This document shows positions 39,095 to 51,074 of a stretch of 57,023 bases of DNA, piece after piece; within the stretch, counting starts at the first letter, position 1, and each line of letters starts with the position of its first letter. A program made the position numbers and the translations under genes. Under the pieces are notes generated by a model. That model ran no database searches, was not told the DNA's origin, and was given only the letters and a program-made list of their open reading frames with translations. Origin of the DNA: Clostridia bacterium (GTDB taxonomy: Bacteria; Bacillota; Clostridia; UBA1212); the NCBI GenBank assembly GCA_017959965.1, contig JAGCZO010000014.1, positions 1 through 57,023 of the forward strand. Direction: 5' to 3'.

Positions 39095-40504
39095 TTATTT
39101 CCCTACGCAAAATCTTTGAAAAATACTGTCTATGACCTCGTCGGAAATGTTTTTGCCCAGTATCTCGCAAAGCTTTTCCGTTGCGAGTCTGAGGTCCTCC
39201 GCGACCAGATCCAGGGGCATGCCCTTTTTGCTGCTTTCCAAAGAAAGCTCAAGCAGCGAGCAGGCCTCGTCTATAAGCTGTTTGTGCCTTTTTGAGGTTA
39301 TTACCGTCTCGTTTGTGAAATCAAAGCTGCCGAGAAGGAACATCCCCTTGATCTGATCAAAGAGTTCTTCAACGCCTTCACCCGTGAGAGCAGAGACAGC
39401 CGCCACGGCGGCGCCTTCGGGAAGCTGATCTACGATGGAGGAAACGTCTGACCGGAGATCCGTCTTGTTAATAACGTATATGATCTTCCCGTACGCAGGA
39501 CCTTCCGTGGCCTCGGGGAAGGAAGGAGAATCCGCGTCAATGACGTAAAGCAGCAGATCCGCGCCGCCGGCAGCGTCCTTCGCTCTGTCAACGCCTATTT
39601 TTTCGACAATATCGGCAGTGCTTCTGAGCCCCGCCGTGTCTGTTATCGTAACAGGAAAACCGAAAAGCTGGAGCTGCTCTTCAATAAGATCCCTGGTGGT
39701 TCCCGGAACGTCGGTAACGATGGACCGGTCAGTGCCGCAGAACAGGTTCATAAGGGTGGACTTGCCCGCGTTGGGGCTTCCCGCCAATACCATACGGATG
39801 CCTTCCTTGGCAATTTTTCCTTGAGAATAGGTGGAACTGAGCTTTTTGAGCTGTCTGATCCTCTCGTCAAGCACGGTAAGGGCGTCCGAGCCCACGGCTT
39901 CGTCAAACTCATATTCCGGATATTCGATGGAAACGTCGATGCCTGCCATTGCCCCGGTAAGGGCGGCGCAGATGTCGGATATTTCTCTTCCGATGCGTCC
40001 TGAGAGGCCGGAAACGGCGGCTCTTCTGCTGTTGTCGGTCTTGGCGCTGATCACGTCCATAACGGCTTCGGCGCTTGAAAGGTCGATCCTGCCGCCGAGA
40101 AACGCCCTTTTTGTGAATTCTCCGGGCTCCGCAGCTCTGGCGCCTGCCTTCAAAAGCAGCTCGAGGGTCTTGTTGACCACGGAATAACCGCCGTGGGAGT
40201 TGATCTCCACGATATTCTCCGTGGTATACGTTTTCGGCGCGGCCATTTTGGACACAAGGCACTCGTCAATAAGCTCCGCCCTGCCGTCCGCGGATCTGCT
40301 GTCCGGGTCGAAAATAAAGCCGTGAGCGATGGTATGGTCCCCCATTTCCGTCACAAAAGCAGACAAGACGCCACTCTTGCTGCCGCAAATGATCTTGTCA
40401 GCAACGGAAAATGCGTCTTGCCCGCTTAAACGTATTATTGCAATGCCGCCGCTGCCCGCAGGGGTCGAAACGGCCGCAATAGTGTCGTTATCACTATAGA
40501 TCAC
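39095..40504 (-). CDS. mnmE: tRNA modification GTPase MnmE/TrmE
   Basis: GSPNAGKSTLMN is the G1 motif; DTAG is present; the C-terminus is CVGK. Confidence 0.96.
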   Translation of the reverse strand: MIYSDNDTIAAVSTPAGSGGIAIIRLSGQDAFSVADKIICGSKSGVLSAFVTEMGDHTIAHGFIFDPDSRSADGRAELIDECLVSKMAAPKTYTTENIVEINSHGGYSVVNKTLELLLKAGARAAEPGEFTKRAFLGGRIDLSSAEAVMDVISAKTDNSRRAAVSGLSGRIGREISDICAALTGAMAGIDVSIEYPEYEFDEAVGSDALTVLDERIRQLKKLSSTYSQGKIAKEGIRMVLAGSPNAGKSTLMNLFCGTDRSIVTDVPGTTRDLIEEQLQLFGFPVTITDTAGLRSTADIVEKIGVDRAKDAAGGADLLLYVIDADSPSFPEATEGPAYGKIIYVINKTDLRSDVSSIVDQLPEGAAVAAVSALTGEGVEELFDQIKGMFLLGSFDFTNETVITSKRHKQLIDEACSLLELSLESSKKGMPLDLVAEDLRLATEKLCEILGKNISDEVIDSIFQRFCVGK

Positions 40505-40506
40505 TG

Positions 40507-41124
40507 TCAGATCACCTTTGTATACGGTCTCAGTCTGACAACGACACAGCGCTGAGGTTCAACACCGAAGCTCTCGGTCTCCACCATACGGTTTGACTGA
40601 AGCGCGGTGTGAATGATCCTTCTCTCGGCCGCAGGCATGGGAGAAAGCTGGATGGGACGGCGGTATTTGCAGACCCTTGCCGCTGTGCTGTTGGCCAGAT
40701 CAATAAGCTTTTTCTCTTTATTGGCGCGGTAGTTCTCGCAATCCACAACGATCCTCTTGAAGGTGGTCTTGTCCTTATTGACAATGATATTCGAGAGATA
40801 CGAGATCGCATAAACGACGTCTCCGCGTTTTCCGATCATGCTGCTGATGTTGCTGCCGGTAATGTCGATCTTAATAGTCTCGTCATCCGGGTACGAAAAA
40901 TTAACGTCTCCGTCCACGCCAAGGTAGGCCATGACTTCTTTAATAAAGGCTGAGATCTTGGTCTCGTCCGCGATATGCTCGGTTACCTTGACAACGGAAA
41001 AATCTTCTTCGTCAGTGCCGAGGACCTCGACGTCGGCGTTTTCCACGTCAAGCTCGAGTTCGGCTAAAGCAAGGGAGATCGCCTCTTCGACGGTTTTTCC
41101 CTTTTTTATAATTGTCCTTGCCAT
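40507..41124 (-). CDS. jag: Jag/KhpB RNA-binding protein (KH + R3H)
   Basis: Conserved position downstream of yidC. The C-terminal R3H-type block is ...ERRIIHTALQ.... Confidence 0.88.
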   Translation of the reverse strand: MARTIIKKGKTVEEAISLALAELELDVENADVEVLGTDEEDFSVVKVTEHIADETKISAFIKEVMAYLGVDGDVNFSYPDDETIKIDITGSNISSMIGKRGDVVYAISYLSNIIVNKDKTTFKRIVVDCENYRANKEKKLIDLANSTAARVCKYRRPIQLSPMPAAERRIIHTALQSNRMVETESFGVEPQRCVVVRLRPYTKVI

Positions 41125-41997
41125 TTATATTACCTCTTTCTCGTTCTTTTTTACAAAGAACGTGTTGATCAGAAATGTTTGCAGGAGTGAGAAGAGATTG
41201 CTTATCACCCAGTAGAAGCCCAGGCCTGCGGGGAATGAAAATGCGATTCCGAAGGTAAGCAGCGGCATAAGCTTCAGCATGAGGTTCATACCTCTTGACG
41301 CGGGATCCGCGTTTTTGTTTTTCTTCTTTCCTCTGTTGGGAGAGCTGTACCACTGAAGCAGGTACTGTGTCGCCAAAGTAAGTATCGGTATTAGAAGAAG
41401 CGGGAGTATGGACCAGGAGAAGTTTGTGAAAACGTCCCAGGGCCTTGTTCCCAGGTCAAGTCCGAGAAACTGCATGTTCACGAAATCCTTCCCGTCCATT
41501 ATCGTCCGGACCTCTTCGGTGATCAGCGAGGGGTCTTTCAGGAAGGTGGAGTTCAGCGTGAGCTGCATATCGACGGACTTGGCGTCTATTTTGGCGATCT
41601 CGGCCAGTCTCGTTATCGCATCGGAGCTCAGTCCGGCAATATAGGTCAAAGGCGACCTTACGATGGAATAAACGATCAGGATGACCGGGAACATCACCAG
41701 AGTCGGAAGACATCCGGAAAGGGGGTTAACGTTATACTTTGCGTACAGCTTCTGCTGTTCCTGCATCAGGGCCTGATTGTCGTTTCCGTAGGCCCTCTTT
41801 AAGGCGTCAAGCTCGGGCTGGAGCGCCTGTGTTTTGATCGTGGAAAGCTGCTGCTTAAGCGTCAGCGGAAACAGCAGGAGCTTGACAAACAGAGTGAAAA
41901 AGATGATAGTGATCCCGTAATTTCCGAAGGATAAGAACTGAGATATGTACTTCAGGACTATGCCGAACGGCAGCGCAAAGTAGTCAAAAAAATTCAT
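41125..41997 (-). CDS. yidC: membrane protein insertase YidC/SpoIIIJ
   Basis: Multi-TM protein, 290 aa, with conserved synteny. Confidence 0.92.
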   Translation of the reverse strand: MNFFDYFALPFGIVLKYISQFLSFGNYGITIIFFTLFVKLLLFPLTLKQQLSTIKTQALQPELDALKRAYGNDNQALMQEQQKLYAKYNVNPLSGCLPTLVMFPVILIVYSIVRSPLTYIAGLSSDAITRLAEIAKIDAKSVDMQLTLNSTFLKDPSLITEEVRTIMDGKDFVNMQFLGLDLGTRPWDVFTNFSWSILPLLLIPILTLATQYLLQWYSSPNRGKKKNKNADPASRGMNLMLKLMPLLTFGIAFSFPAGLGFYWVISNLFSLLQTFLINTFFVKKNEKEVI

Positions 41998-42075
41998 CTG
42001 TGATCCTTTCCTGAATTTACAGTCAGGTTTGGTAAACCGTGAAAAGCCAAGCAGGCGATTTCTCGCAAATAAAGG

Positions 42076-42318
42076 TTATTTTACAGGGTCGTAACCGCCT
42101 CTTCCGAAGGGATTGCACCGGAGTATCCTCCAGGCGGCCATGCCGGTGCCCTTCACAGCGCCGTGCTTTTTAATGGCGTCAACGGCATACTGCGAACAGG
42201 TCGGATAGAAACGGCAGCAGGGCGGCTTCAGCGGAGAGATAAAGCGGCGGTAAAACCCGATGCATCCGATCAAAACTCTTTTAAAGATATCCGAAACCTT
42301 GGAAAAAAGCTTTTTCAT
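42076..42318 (-). CDS. yidD: membrane protein insertion efficiency factor YidD
   Basis: [19 protein letters not shown] motif. Confidence 0.93.
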   Translation of the reverse strand: MKKLFSKVSDIFKRVLIGCIGFYRRFISPLKPPCCRFYPTCSQYAVDAIKKHGAVKGTGMAAWRILRCNPFGRGGYDPVK

Positions 42319-42349
42319 GAAGAATCAAATCCTGCTTCCGGAAGCTCTG

Positions 42350-42775
42350 TCAGGGCCGGTCGTCGCCAACGTTATCCTTTGGCGGTTCAGACCCGTTTTC
42401 ATACGGCAAAAGTCCGAGAGTTCTTAGTATCCGCGAAAATTCGCGGTGAACCTCGGAGAATGAAGGAATATACACGGCCCGCAGTTTTCGCTGTGGGGTT
42501 GCGGCCGCCCTTTCGGAATAACGGGCGGAAACGATGATATCGTAGTTTCCCGAAATATCGTCGCGAAGGCTTCGGAAGCTTTCGCGGACAAGCCGTTTAA
42601 AACGGTTTCTCTGAACGCTGTTCCCGAATTTCCTGCTTACCGAGATCCCCAGACGGGAATTCCCGCAGGAATTTTTCATAACGTTCACCGTCATAAACCG
42701 CCCGCCCTTCCTGGCGCCTCTGCTATAGGCCCGGCGGAAGTCATACTGATTTTTTACGGAAAAACTATCTTTCAT
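42350..42775 (-). CDS. rnpA: ribonuclease P protein component
   Basis: Basic protein with RLGISVSRKFGNSVQRNRFKRLVRE (RNR motif); rpmH-rnpA synteny. Confidence 0.9.
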   Translation of the reverse strand: MKDSFSVKNQYDFRRAYSRGARKGGRFMTVNVMKNSCGNSRLGISVSRKFGNSVQRNRFKRLVRESFRSLRDDISGNYDIIVSARYSERAAATPQRKLRAVYIPSFSEVHREFSRILRTLGLLPYENGSEPPKDNVGDDRP

Positions 42776-42866
42776 ATAGCTGCCACCTTGAATAGCCCCG
42801 GTTCAACCAAATGAAGTATTGCCGGTCGGCAGTCGGCAAAGCGAAACCGCGTAGATAGTATATGCA

Positions 42867-43001
42867 TCAGGCGGAGAGAACTTTTCTGCCCTTTGCTCTT
42901 CTTCTGGAGAGAACTTTTCTGCCATTGGCAGTGGACATTCTCGCTCTGAAGCCGTGAACTTTACTCCTTTGTCTAGTGTTAGGCTGGAATGGTCTGATCA
43001 T
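42867..43001 (-). CDS. rpmH: 50S ribosomal protein L34 (44 aa, below the ORF-track cutoff)
   Basis: Manual translation gives [44 protein letters not shown]. The RBS AGGAGGTG lies upstream. Confidence 0.95.
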   Translation of the reverse strand: MIRPFQPNTRQRSKVHGFRARMSTANGRKVLSRRRAKGRKVLSA

Positions 43002-43045
43002 TTTAACCGCACCTCCTGTGTAGTGATGGTTGCAACCTTCGGAAA

Positions 43046-43075
43046 AGTATACAACGCGTTTGCCCCGCGTGTCAA
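43046..43075 (-). promoter_or_regulatory. rpmH promoter
   Basis: On the minus strand: TTGACA, an 18-nt spacer, then TATACT. Confidence 0.55.
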
Positions 43076-43304
43076 GATAAAGACCGCAAGGGTGATAATT
43101 TTACAACAAAACAGCAGACCATTTCAACCCCCTTTTTTACAGCTTTTTTAAAAGTTGCGCCGCGCCCTGCGGGCTCCCCGCGGTATGCCCGGGACAGGGA
43201 AAAGGCGGTTGAAGAAAAGCAGGTAAAAAGGGTATAATAACAGGGCGGCAGAGGCGTCCGCCAAACGGAGCCCATGCCTTATCAAGCAAAAGTCGGTAAC
43301 GGAA

Positions 43305-44294
43305 ATGAAGAAGTTAAAGGGCAGCAGATATATTTCCCGCAGCACGAAGGACAGTTTTTTCATAGAAGAGAAGAAAAAACGCCGTTTCGTGCCCTTTATT
43401 ATTGTCGGAACGATACTCGCGGCCCTGATAGTTTTTGCGGTCGTCGGTCTTCGGTACGGGGGAAAGATAGTTGTGACCTCCGTGACCGTCGAAAGCGCCC
43501 AGCTGCCCGAGTCCTTTGACGGGTACAGGATACTGCAGATAAGCGACCTCCACGGAAAAGAGTTTGGAGAGGGGCAGAAGAACCTCAGGAAGGTCATTGA
43601 AGACCAGAAATATGACATGGTCATATTCACGGGCGACTATAACGAGAACCTTGCCGAGCAGGAATATTTCATCAGGGACCTTGTGGCCTGCTTTGATCAG
43701 ACCGTGCCGATGTATTATATCCTAGGCGATTGTGATTACAGACCCGCCAATGCCTCCGAAAACAGCGAGCGCTGGAAGCTCTGCATCGATCCTCCCGTAA
43801 AGACTCCGATAATGACCGTGTTTGAGGACTGCGGCGTGAAATTCGTGTACCCGGCGAGAAAGATAACGAACTCCGCGGGGGATTTCATATACCTCACCGG
43901 AATTTCCTATAATAAGGAAACTATGAACGCCATGGAGTTTGACATGGACACGGATTTCAGCATCTGCGTGACCCACAAACCCATATATTATAACGTTACG
44001 AACCGTCTGAAGGACGTCAATAAAAGATCCATCACGGAGATCGACTACGATCTCTGCATTTCCGGCCACACCATGGGCGGCCAGTACAGGATCCCCATCC
44101 TTGGAGCCCTTTATTCCGACGACGAGGGCTGGTTCCCCCAGGAAACGTCTCTCAGAGGCCTTAGCAAGGACAATGCGGGAAGATATAACTACATATGCGG
44201 AGGGCTTGGCGTTGAGTCGGGGTTCAGATTTTTCAGCAACCCCGAGATCTCGATAATCGAGCTGAAACGTGCTGAAGAAAGCAGCGGGAAATAA
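43305..44294 (+). CDS. membrane-anchored metallophosphoesterase (calcineurin-like, YkuE-type)
   Basis: It has an N-terminal TM helix and the ISDLHGKEFG, FTGDY and SGHTMGGQ motifs. Confidence 0.85.
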   Translation: MKKLKGSRYISRSTKDSFFIEEKKKRRFVPFIIVGTILAALIVFAVVGLRYGGKIVVTSVTVESAQLPESFDGYRILQISDLHGKEFGEGQKNLRKVIEDQKYDMVIFTGDYNENLAEQEYFIRDLVACFDQTVPMYYILGDCDYRPANASENSERWKLCIDPPVKTPIMTVFEDCGVKFVYPARKITNSAGDFIYLTGISYNKETMNAMEFDMDTDFSICVTHKPIYYNVTNRLKDVNKRSITEIDYDLCISGHTMGGQYRIPILGALYSDDEGWFPQETSLRGLSKDNAGRYNYICGGLGVESGFRFFSNPEISIIELKRAEESSGK

Positions 44295-44305
44295 CCCAAG
44301 AAATT

Positions 44306-45742
44306 ATGGAAAGAACTAAAATCATCAAAAAAATATTGTGGGTTTTGATCGTCGTGATGGTCTTTCTGATCGTCGCGTTTTTGCTTGGCATCATTCTCGG
44401 CGGCATAAAATCCAGCTTCGAAGCGGAAAAACCGGAGAACGGTACGGTGGCTCCGGAGGCGCAGACCGAGCGGCCGGCAGAGACGGAGACCCCTTCTCCC
44501 GAGATCACCGAGTCGCCTACCGAATATATCAGCCCAACCCCGGAGGAGACCGCCACGCCGGAACCGATCACCTTTAAGGACGTGAATCTTGCCGTTGTGG
44601 GCGACGTTGTCATATACAGCTCCATGTGGGAAAGCGCCAAAAAGTACGGCGGCGGCGAGTACGATTTTTCGGAAATAACGAAATACATCAAGGATATGGC
44701 GTCGGCGGCTGACCTTGCCGTGTTCAATTACGAAGGAAACTGTGCGGGTGCGGAGGCCGGCTACAGCCACTACCCTACGTTCAACGCGCCGGACAACATA
44801 ATAACCACCATGAGCAGCAGCGGCTTTGACGTTTCCCTGTTCGCCAACAACCACACCTACGACAAGGGTCACAACGGCTTTATGCGCACGCAGCAGATCA
44901 TGAAAAACAACGGCCTCAGGACCTACGGCACCAGGATGTCGCAGAACGGGAAGAGCTACGGTATATATGAGGTCAACGGCATAAAGATCGGCATCCTGAA
45001 TTACACCTACGAGTCGGGCCCGGACGAGTACGACAACGACCCGTCCGCCAAGTTCCTTAACGGCAACAGGCTGGACTCCGCGGACGTGGAACTTGTGGAT
45101 TCATTCAACTACGCCAGGATGAACGACTTTTACGTTGGCGTTGGCAGCAGGATCTCGGAAATGAAGGCCGACGGAGCCGACTTCATCATTTTCTTCATCC
45201 ACTGGGGCGAGGAATACAAGGAAAACGCCAACGGCACCCAAAAGACCATTGCCAAAAACCTTTGCAACCTCGGCGTCAACGCCCTGATAGGCATGCATCC
45301 CCACGTGGTGCAGCCGGCGGAGACCTTTGTTTCCGACAACGGCGCCAACAGAATGATCTGTTACTACTCCCTCGGCAATTTTGCCAGCGCCCAGAACAGG
45401 ACCACCTTCCAGTCAAAGCCGGACTACGCCTGGCTCACCGAGAACGAGATCATGGCGAACCTGACTCTGAGAAAATATTCCACGGGCGAGGCCCTGGTGG
45501 TCAAAGCTCAGTACGAGCCTCTCTGGAGCCACCGCCACAGCATGGAGGGCAGAGTGGTCACGAACATCGTTCCGCTGAACAAGGCGCTTGTCAACGAAGA
45601 GACCATGACCGCATACGGACTTAAGGAGAGCTCCTTCGGCGTCGATCACGCAAAGACCGCCAAAGAGTACATAGACGGACAGATGGCCGCGGGAATCGAA
45701 GCTTTTAACGCGGGAGTGGTGCTGCCCCACGAAGGTTCTTAA
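44306..45742 (+). CDS. CapA-family (PGA_cap) protein with an N-terminal TM helix and a Pro/Thr/Glu linker
   Basis: LAVVGDVVIY..., DLAVFNYEGN, ANNHTYDKG and GMHPHVVQP motifs. Confidence 0.85.
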   Translation: MERTKIIKKILWVLIVVMVFLIVAFLLGIILGGIKSSFEAEKPENGTVAPEAQTERPAETETPSPEITESPTEYISPTPEETATPEPITFKDVNLAVVGDVVIYSSMWESAKKYGGGEYDFSEITKYIKDMASAADLAVFNYEGNCAGAEAGYSHYPTFNAPDNIITTMSSSGFDVSLFANNHTYDKGHNGFMRTQQIMKNNGLRTYGTRMSQNGKSYGIYEVNGIKIGILNYTYESGPDEYDNDPSAKFLNGNRLDSADVELVDSFNYARMNDFYVGVGSRISEMKADGADFIIFFIHWGEEYKENANGTQKTIAKNLCNLGVNALIGMHPHVVQPAETFVSDNGANRMICYYSLGNFASAQNRTTFQSKPDYAWLTENEIMANLTLRKYSTGEALVVKAQYEPLWSHRHSMEGRVVTNIVPLNKALVNEETMTAYGLKESSFGVDHAKTAKEYIDGQMAAGIEAFNAGVVLPHEGS

Positions 45743-45760
45743 GAAAGCCGGGCATTCAGA

Positions 45761-46540
45761 ATGAAACACAATTACCATACACATACCTTCAGATGCAAAC
45801 ACGCCTCGGGCCTGGATCGGGACTACGTTGAGGCGGCTGTTGCCGCGGGACTTGAGACCCTTGGTTTTTCAGACCACGGCCCTTACGTATTTCCGGAGGA
45901 GGCCGGAGACTTCTATTCCGGCTTTCGCATGAGACCGGAGCAGCTTGAAGGCTACGTGGAGTCCGTGGAATCGCTGAAAGCCGAATTTAAAGGGAAGATC
46001 AGGCTGCTTACGGGAGTTGAGATCGAGTATTATCCGAAATGCTTTGACAGAACGGAGAAGTTCCTCAGGGACTCTGGAATTGAATATCTGATCCTGGGTC
46101 AGCACGTTTTCGGCAACGAATACGACAAGGGCTCGATCTACGTGGCAGGGCAGAACGGCGCCGGGGAAAAGGAGCTTGAGGCGTACACCTCGCTGGTGAT
46201 CGGGTGCATTGAGAGCGGAAAATTTCTTTACGTTGCTCACCCGGATATTTTCAGGTTCGAGGGGGCTCCGGAATTTTACAGCGAACAGGCGGAGAGAATG
46301 TGCGTTGCCGCCAAAAAGAACAACTTGCCGCTCGAGGTCAATCTCCTGGGCTTCAGAGGCGGCAGACATTATCCCAACAGGCTTTTCTGGGAGGCCGCGG
46401 GAAGGACCGGGGCGCCGGTGATATTCGGAATAGACGCACATGCCCCGGAAATGATCGGGGACGCCGACAAGGCGATAGAGGACTTCAAAAAGGAATATAA
46501 GGATATTGAGCTGAACTATATCGACGAAGAACTATTATAA
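45761..46540 (+). CDS. PHP-family histidinol-phosphatase (HisJ-like)
   Basis: MKHNYHTHTFRCKHA...GFSDHGP...GVEIEY...AHPD...GIDAH are the PHP metal ligands. Confidence 0.85.
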   Translation: MKHNYHTHTFRCKHASGLDRDYVEAAVAAGLETLGFSDHGPYVFPEEAGDFYSGFRMRPEQLEGYVESVESLKAEFKGKIRLLTGVEIEYYPKCFDRTEKFLRDSGIEYLILGQHVFGNEYDKGSIYVAGQNGAGEKELEAYTSLVIGCIESGKFLYVAHPDIFRFEGAPEFYSEQAERMCVAAKKNNLPLEVNLLGFRGGRHYPNRLFWEAAGRTGAPVIFGIDAHAPEMIGDADKAIEDFKKEYKDIELNYIDEELL

Positions 46541-46572
46541 GTTGTTTTTACCTTAAATAACGAGAAATCAAA

Positions 46573-46618
46573 GCGCTCCGGGAAAGCTTTTCACAAGCCA
46601 CGGAGCGCATGTTTTTTG
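46573..46618. terminator. bidirectional terminator between the PHP phosphatase gene and atpC
   Basis: gcgctccg...cggagcgc (8-bp stem) followed by atgtttttt. Confidence 0.6.
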
Positions 46619-46635
46619 TCTTCATAAATATGTAT

Positions 46636-47037
46636 TTATTTGTTTTTCGCGACCGAGATCCTTGTCAGCGCTCTCATGAGCTTTGCCCGGGCTTTCGCGG
46701 TCGTTTCTTTGTCGGCGGTCTCGGCCAGAGTCCGCTCGGCGGCCTCTTTTGCCCTGAGCGCCCTGTTTACGTCTATCTCGTCGGCAAACTCAAAGGTATT
46801 GACCACAAGCTTTACGTTGTTTTTCTTCACGGAGAGAAAACAGCCGGAGACGGAGGCAAGCCTGGCGGTGCCGTTGACGGTGATCTTCGCCTTCCCGGTG
46901 TCTATCACGGCAAGATAGTCCGTGTGGTCCGGCAGGATCTCAACGTAGCCTTCTGTGGTCTTTACCAGGAGCCGTTCGGCTTCCCCGCAAAAAGGGGTGC
47001 AGTCAGGGGCAACAACTTCGAGATGAAACGTTTTCAT
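46636..47037 (-). CDS. atpC: F1 ATP synthase epsilon subunit
   Basis: 133 aa; last gene of the atp operon. Confidence 0.93.
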   Translation of the reverse strand: MKTFHLEVVAPDCTPFCGEAERLLVKTTEGYVEILPDHTDYLAVIDTGKAKITVNGTARLASVSGCFLSVKKNNVKLVVNTFEFADEIDVNRALRAKEAAERTLAETADKETTAKARAKLMRALTRISVAKNK

Positions 47038-47078
47038 GGCTGGACTGAAGGACCTCCCTTCTCAAGCAGACAGTGTGA

Positions 47079-48539
<1,461 letters not shown>

Positions 48540-49439
48540 TCAGAGAGCGTCCGCACCGGAGACGATCTCCGTAATTTCCTGGGTTATCACAGCCTGACGG
48601 GCTCTGTTGTAGCTGAGCGATAGGTTGCTCAGCATCTCCTCGGCGTTCTTGTTTGCGGAGCTCATGGCGGTCCTTCTGGCGCCGCACTCGGCGGCAAAGG
48701 ATTCGCAAAGCGCGATATATATGGTTCCGCCAAGGTAATCAGGCACGATCCTTTTAAGCATCTCCTCCGGCGGGCTTTCATATATAGGCTCGTCAGAGGG
48801 TGTTTTTTTCTGCTCCCCGGGATCGGGTTCCCCGGAATCGTTTTCCCCGGGATCGTTTTCGAAGGGGGAAAGGGGCAGGAGCACACTGTAGGTGGGGACC
48901 TGGGAGAGCATCGAAACGAACTCGGTGTAAACGATCACGGCCCGGTCGATCTTTCCTTCAAGGAAATAGTCCGAAAGGGCATGGCCCAACGCCAATGACT
49001 TGCTGACGCCGAAGCTGCTGACGTTCACAAAGCTGTCGGTAAGGATCTCCTTTTTTTCATAAGCAAAGCGCTCTATGGCCTTCTTCCCTATAGGCAAATA
49101 GCAGCATGGCCCTTCGCACCGGGCGGCAAGGGATGCTGTCAGCCGGAATATATTGTTGTTGAAGCCTCCCGCGAGGCCCCTGTCGCCGGCAACAACTATA
49201 AAGCAGGTCTTCGGCGCTTTTCTTTCCTCCGCAAAAGCGGTCTCGGCGGTGGCTTCGTAGCTGCGGATCCTGGAGATTGCTTCCGAGAGAGCCTTGTGAT
49301 AAGGCCTTGTCTGCTCCGCCCTTTCCTTTGCCCGGCGCAGCTTCGAGGTGGCGACAAGCTCCATTGCCTTGGTTATCTGCATTGTGCTCTGAACGCTTTT
49401 TATGCTTCTTTTTATTTCAAGAAGTGAAGCCGAACCCAC
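48540..49439 (-). CDS. atpG: F1 ATP synthase gamma subunit
   Basis: The C-terminus is NRARQAVITQEITEIVSGADAL. It contains an in-frame repeat insert. Confidence 0.95.
   Translation of the reverse strand: MGSASLLEIKRSIKSVQSTMQITKAMELVATSKLRRAKERAEQTRPYHKALSEAISRIRSYEATAETAFAEERKAPKTCFIVVAGDRGLAGGFNNNIFRLTASLAARCEGPCCYLPIGKKAIERFAYEKKEILTDSFVNVSSFGVSKSLALGHALSDYFLEGKIDRAVIVYTEFVSMLSQVPTYSVLLPLSPFENDPGENDSGEPDPGEQKKTPSDEPIYESPPEEMLKRIVPDYLGGTIYIALCESFAAECGARRTAMSSANKNAEEMLSNLSLSYNRARQAVITQEITEIVSGADAL
48815..48859 (-). repeat. three in-frame 15-nt tandem repeats inside atpG
   Basis: On the + strand: ccccgggatcgggtt / ccccggaatcgtttt / ccccgggatcgtttt. They encode ENDPG-ENDSG-EPDPG. Confidence 0.85.
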
Positions 49440-49507
49440 GGTGCTTTGCGCCTCCTTTCCTCTTTATCTGCCTGCGTTAAATTGCGCAAAATTCCGAAAA
49501 AATGCGG

Positions 49508-51028
49508 TCAAACTGCTGCCGGAGCCGTAAAATCCTCCGTCAGCGCGACAATAGTTTCCTTCAGTTCCTTCTCCTGAGCCTCTTCCAGCTTGCCCGTCTC
49601 CCGGATGCTCTTCAGCAGCTCGTCGTGACTGGCGGTCAGCGTATCGAAAAGCTCCTCCTCGAAGGAATGTATCTTGTCAACGGGGATCTCCTTGAGGAGA
49701 TCGTTCACCACCGCATAAATGATGGCCACCTGAAGCTCCTGGGGTATGGGAGAATTTCTTCCCTGCTTGAGGACCTCCACGATCCTCTTGCCCTGTTCCA
49801 GACGGGCTGTGGTGTCGTCGTCAAGATCCGAACCGAACTGGGCAAAGCCCGCCAGCTCTCTGTACTGTGAATACAGAAGCTTCAGTCTTCCGGAGACCTT
49901 CTTCATCGCCTTGGTCTGGGCGGCGCCGCCGACTCTGGAAACTGAAATGCCGGGGTTGACGGCAGGCATGATGCCCTCGTGGAACAGCTCGGTCTCAAGG
50001 AATATCTGTCCGTCGGTTATCGAAATAACGTTGGTGGGTATGTAAGCCGAAACGTCTCCGGCCTGGGTCTCTATGATAGGAAGCGCAGTCATGGAGCCTC
50101 CGCCGTATTCCGGGGCAAGCCTTGCCGCGCGCTCGAGCAGTCTTGAATGGAGGTAAAAAACGTCGCCCGGGTATGCTTCGCGTCCGGGAGGTCTGCGGAT
50201 AAGAAGCGAAAGCGCTCTGTAGGCCACCGCGTGCTTCGAAAGGTCGTCGTAAACGATGAGAACGTCCCGGCCCTTGTCCATGAAATACTCGCCAATGGTG
50301 CACCCTGCGTAAGGGGCAATGTACTGCAGCGGAGCGGTCTCGGATGCCGAAGCCGAAACAACGACGGTATAATCCATGGCGCCGCTGCGGGAAAGCGTCT
50401 CCACAACGTTTGTGACTGTGGACTGCTTCTGACCGATGGCAACGTAGACGCAGATAACGTCCTTTCCCTTCTGGTTGATTATCGTATCCGTGGCAATGAC
50501 CGTCTTTCCCGTCTGCCTGTCGCCGATGATAAGCTCACGCTGGCCTCTTCCGATGGGGATCATGGAGTCAATGGCCTTGATGCCTGTCTGCAGAGGCACG
50601 GAGACTGATTTTCTCTCTATAATTCCGTAAGCACGGCGCTCCACGGGATCGTATCTTTCGGGGTCCAGAGGTCCTTTGCCGTCGATAGGCTGACCAAGAG
50701 CGTTGAGAACACGCCCCACGGTGGTCTCTCCCACAGGAACGGAAACGACTCTTCCCGTGCGCTTCACGACGCTTCCTTCCGAGATACCCACGTCGCTTCC
50801 CAGAAGAACGGCGCTGACAAGTCTTTCTTCAAGGTTAAGCGCCATGCCGTAGGAGCCGTTGCCGAATTCCAGAAGTTCATTGGCTTTGCACTTGTCAAGA
50901 CCGTGTATTTTCGAAATACCGTCTCCGACAGAGATGACGTAGCCGATCTCGTCCTGTTCCACTGTTTTGGAATAGTTGCGGATCTGTTCCCTTATTATTT
51001 TGCTGATATCGTCAATTCGTGATTTCAT
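49508..51028 (-). CDS. atpA: F1 ATP synthase alpha subunit
   Basis: GDRQTGKT is the Walker A motif; 506 aa. Confidence 0.98.
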   Translation of the reverse strand: MKSRIDDISKIIREQIRNYSKTVEQDEIGYVISVGDGISKIHGLDKCKANELLEFGNGSYGMALNLEERLVSAVLLGSDVGISEGSVVKRTGRVVSVPVGETTVGRVLNALGQPIDGKGPLDPERYDPVERRAYGIIERKSVSVPLQTGIKAIDSMIPIGRGQRELIIGDRQTGKTVIATDTIINQKGKDVICVYVAIGQKQSTVTNVVETLSRSGAMDYTVVVSASASETAPLQYIAPYAGCTIGEYFMDKGRDVLIVYDDLSKHAVAYRALSLLIRRPPGREAYPGDVFYLHSRLLERAARLAPEYGGGSMTALPIIETQAGDVSAYIPTNVISITDGQIFLETELFHEGIMPAVNPGISVSRVGGAAQTKAMKKVSGRLKLLYSQYRELAGFAQFGSDLDDDTTARLEQGKRIVEVLKQGRNSPIPQELQVAIIYAVVNDLLKEIPVDKIHSFEEELFDTLTASHDELLKSIRETGKLEEAQEKELKETIVALTEDFTAPAAV

Positions 51029-51074
51029 ATAAGCACCAAATTAAACTCTAAAGAAGTATTTCCGGGAGGAAAGG

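Noticed and set aside
43002-43304. The rpmH upstream region as an alternative oriC.
   Set aside because: Gene orientation alone would favour an origin here. However, the region is GC-rich, lacks an AT-rich DUE, and contains no 9-mer within 1 mismatch of TTATCCACA. The best are GGTGATAAT and TTATCAAGC.
45297-45312. A second CACGTG-centred sequence (ATCCCCACGTGGTGCA) as a parS candidate.
   Set aside because: It has six mismatches to the parS consensus and lies inside the capA coding region.
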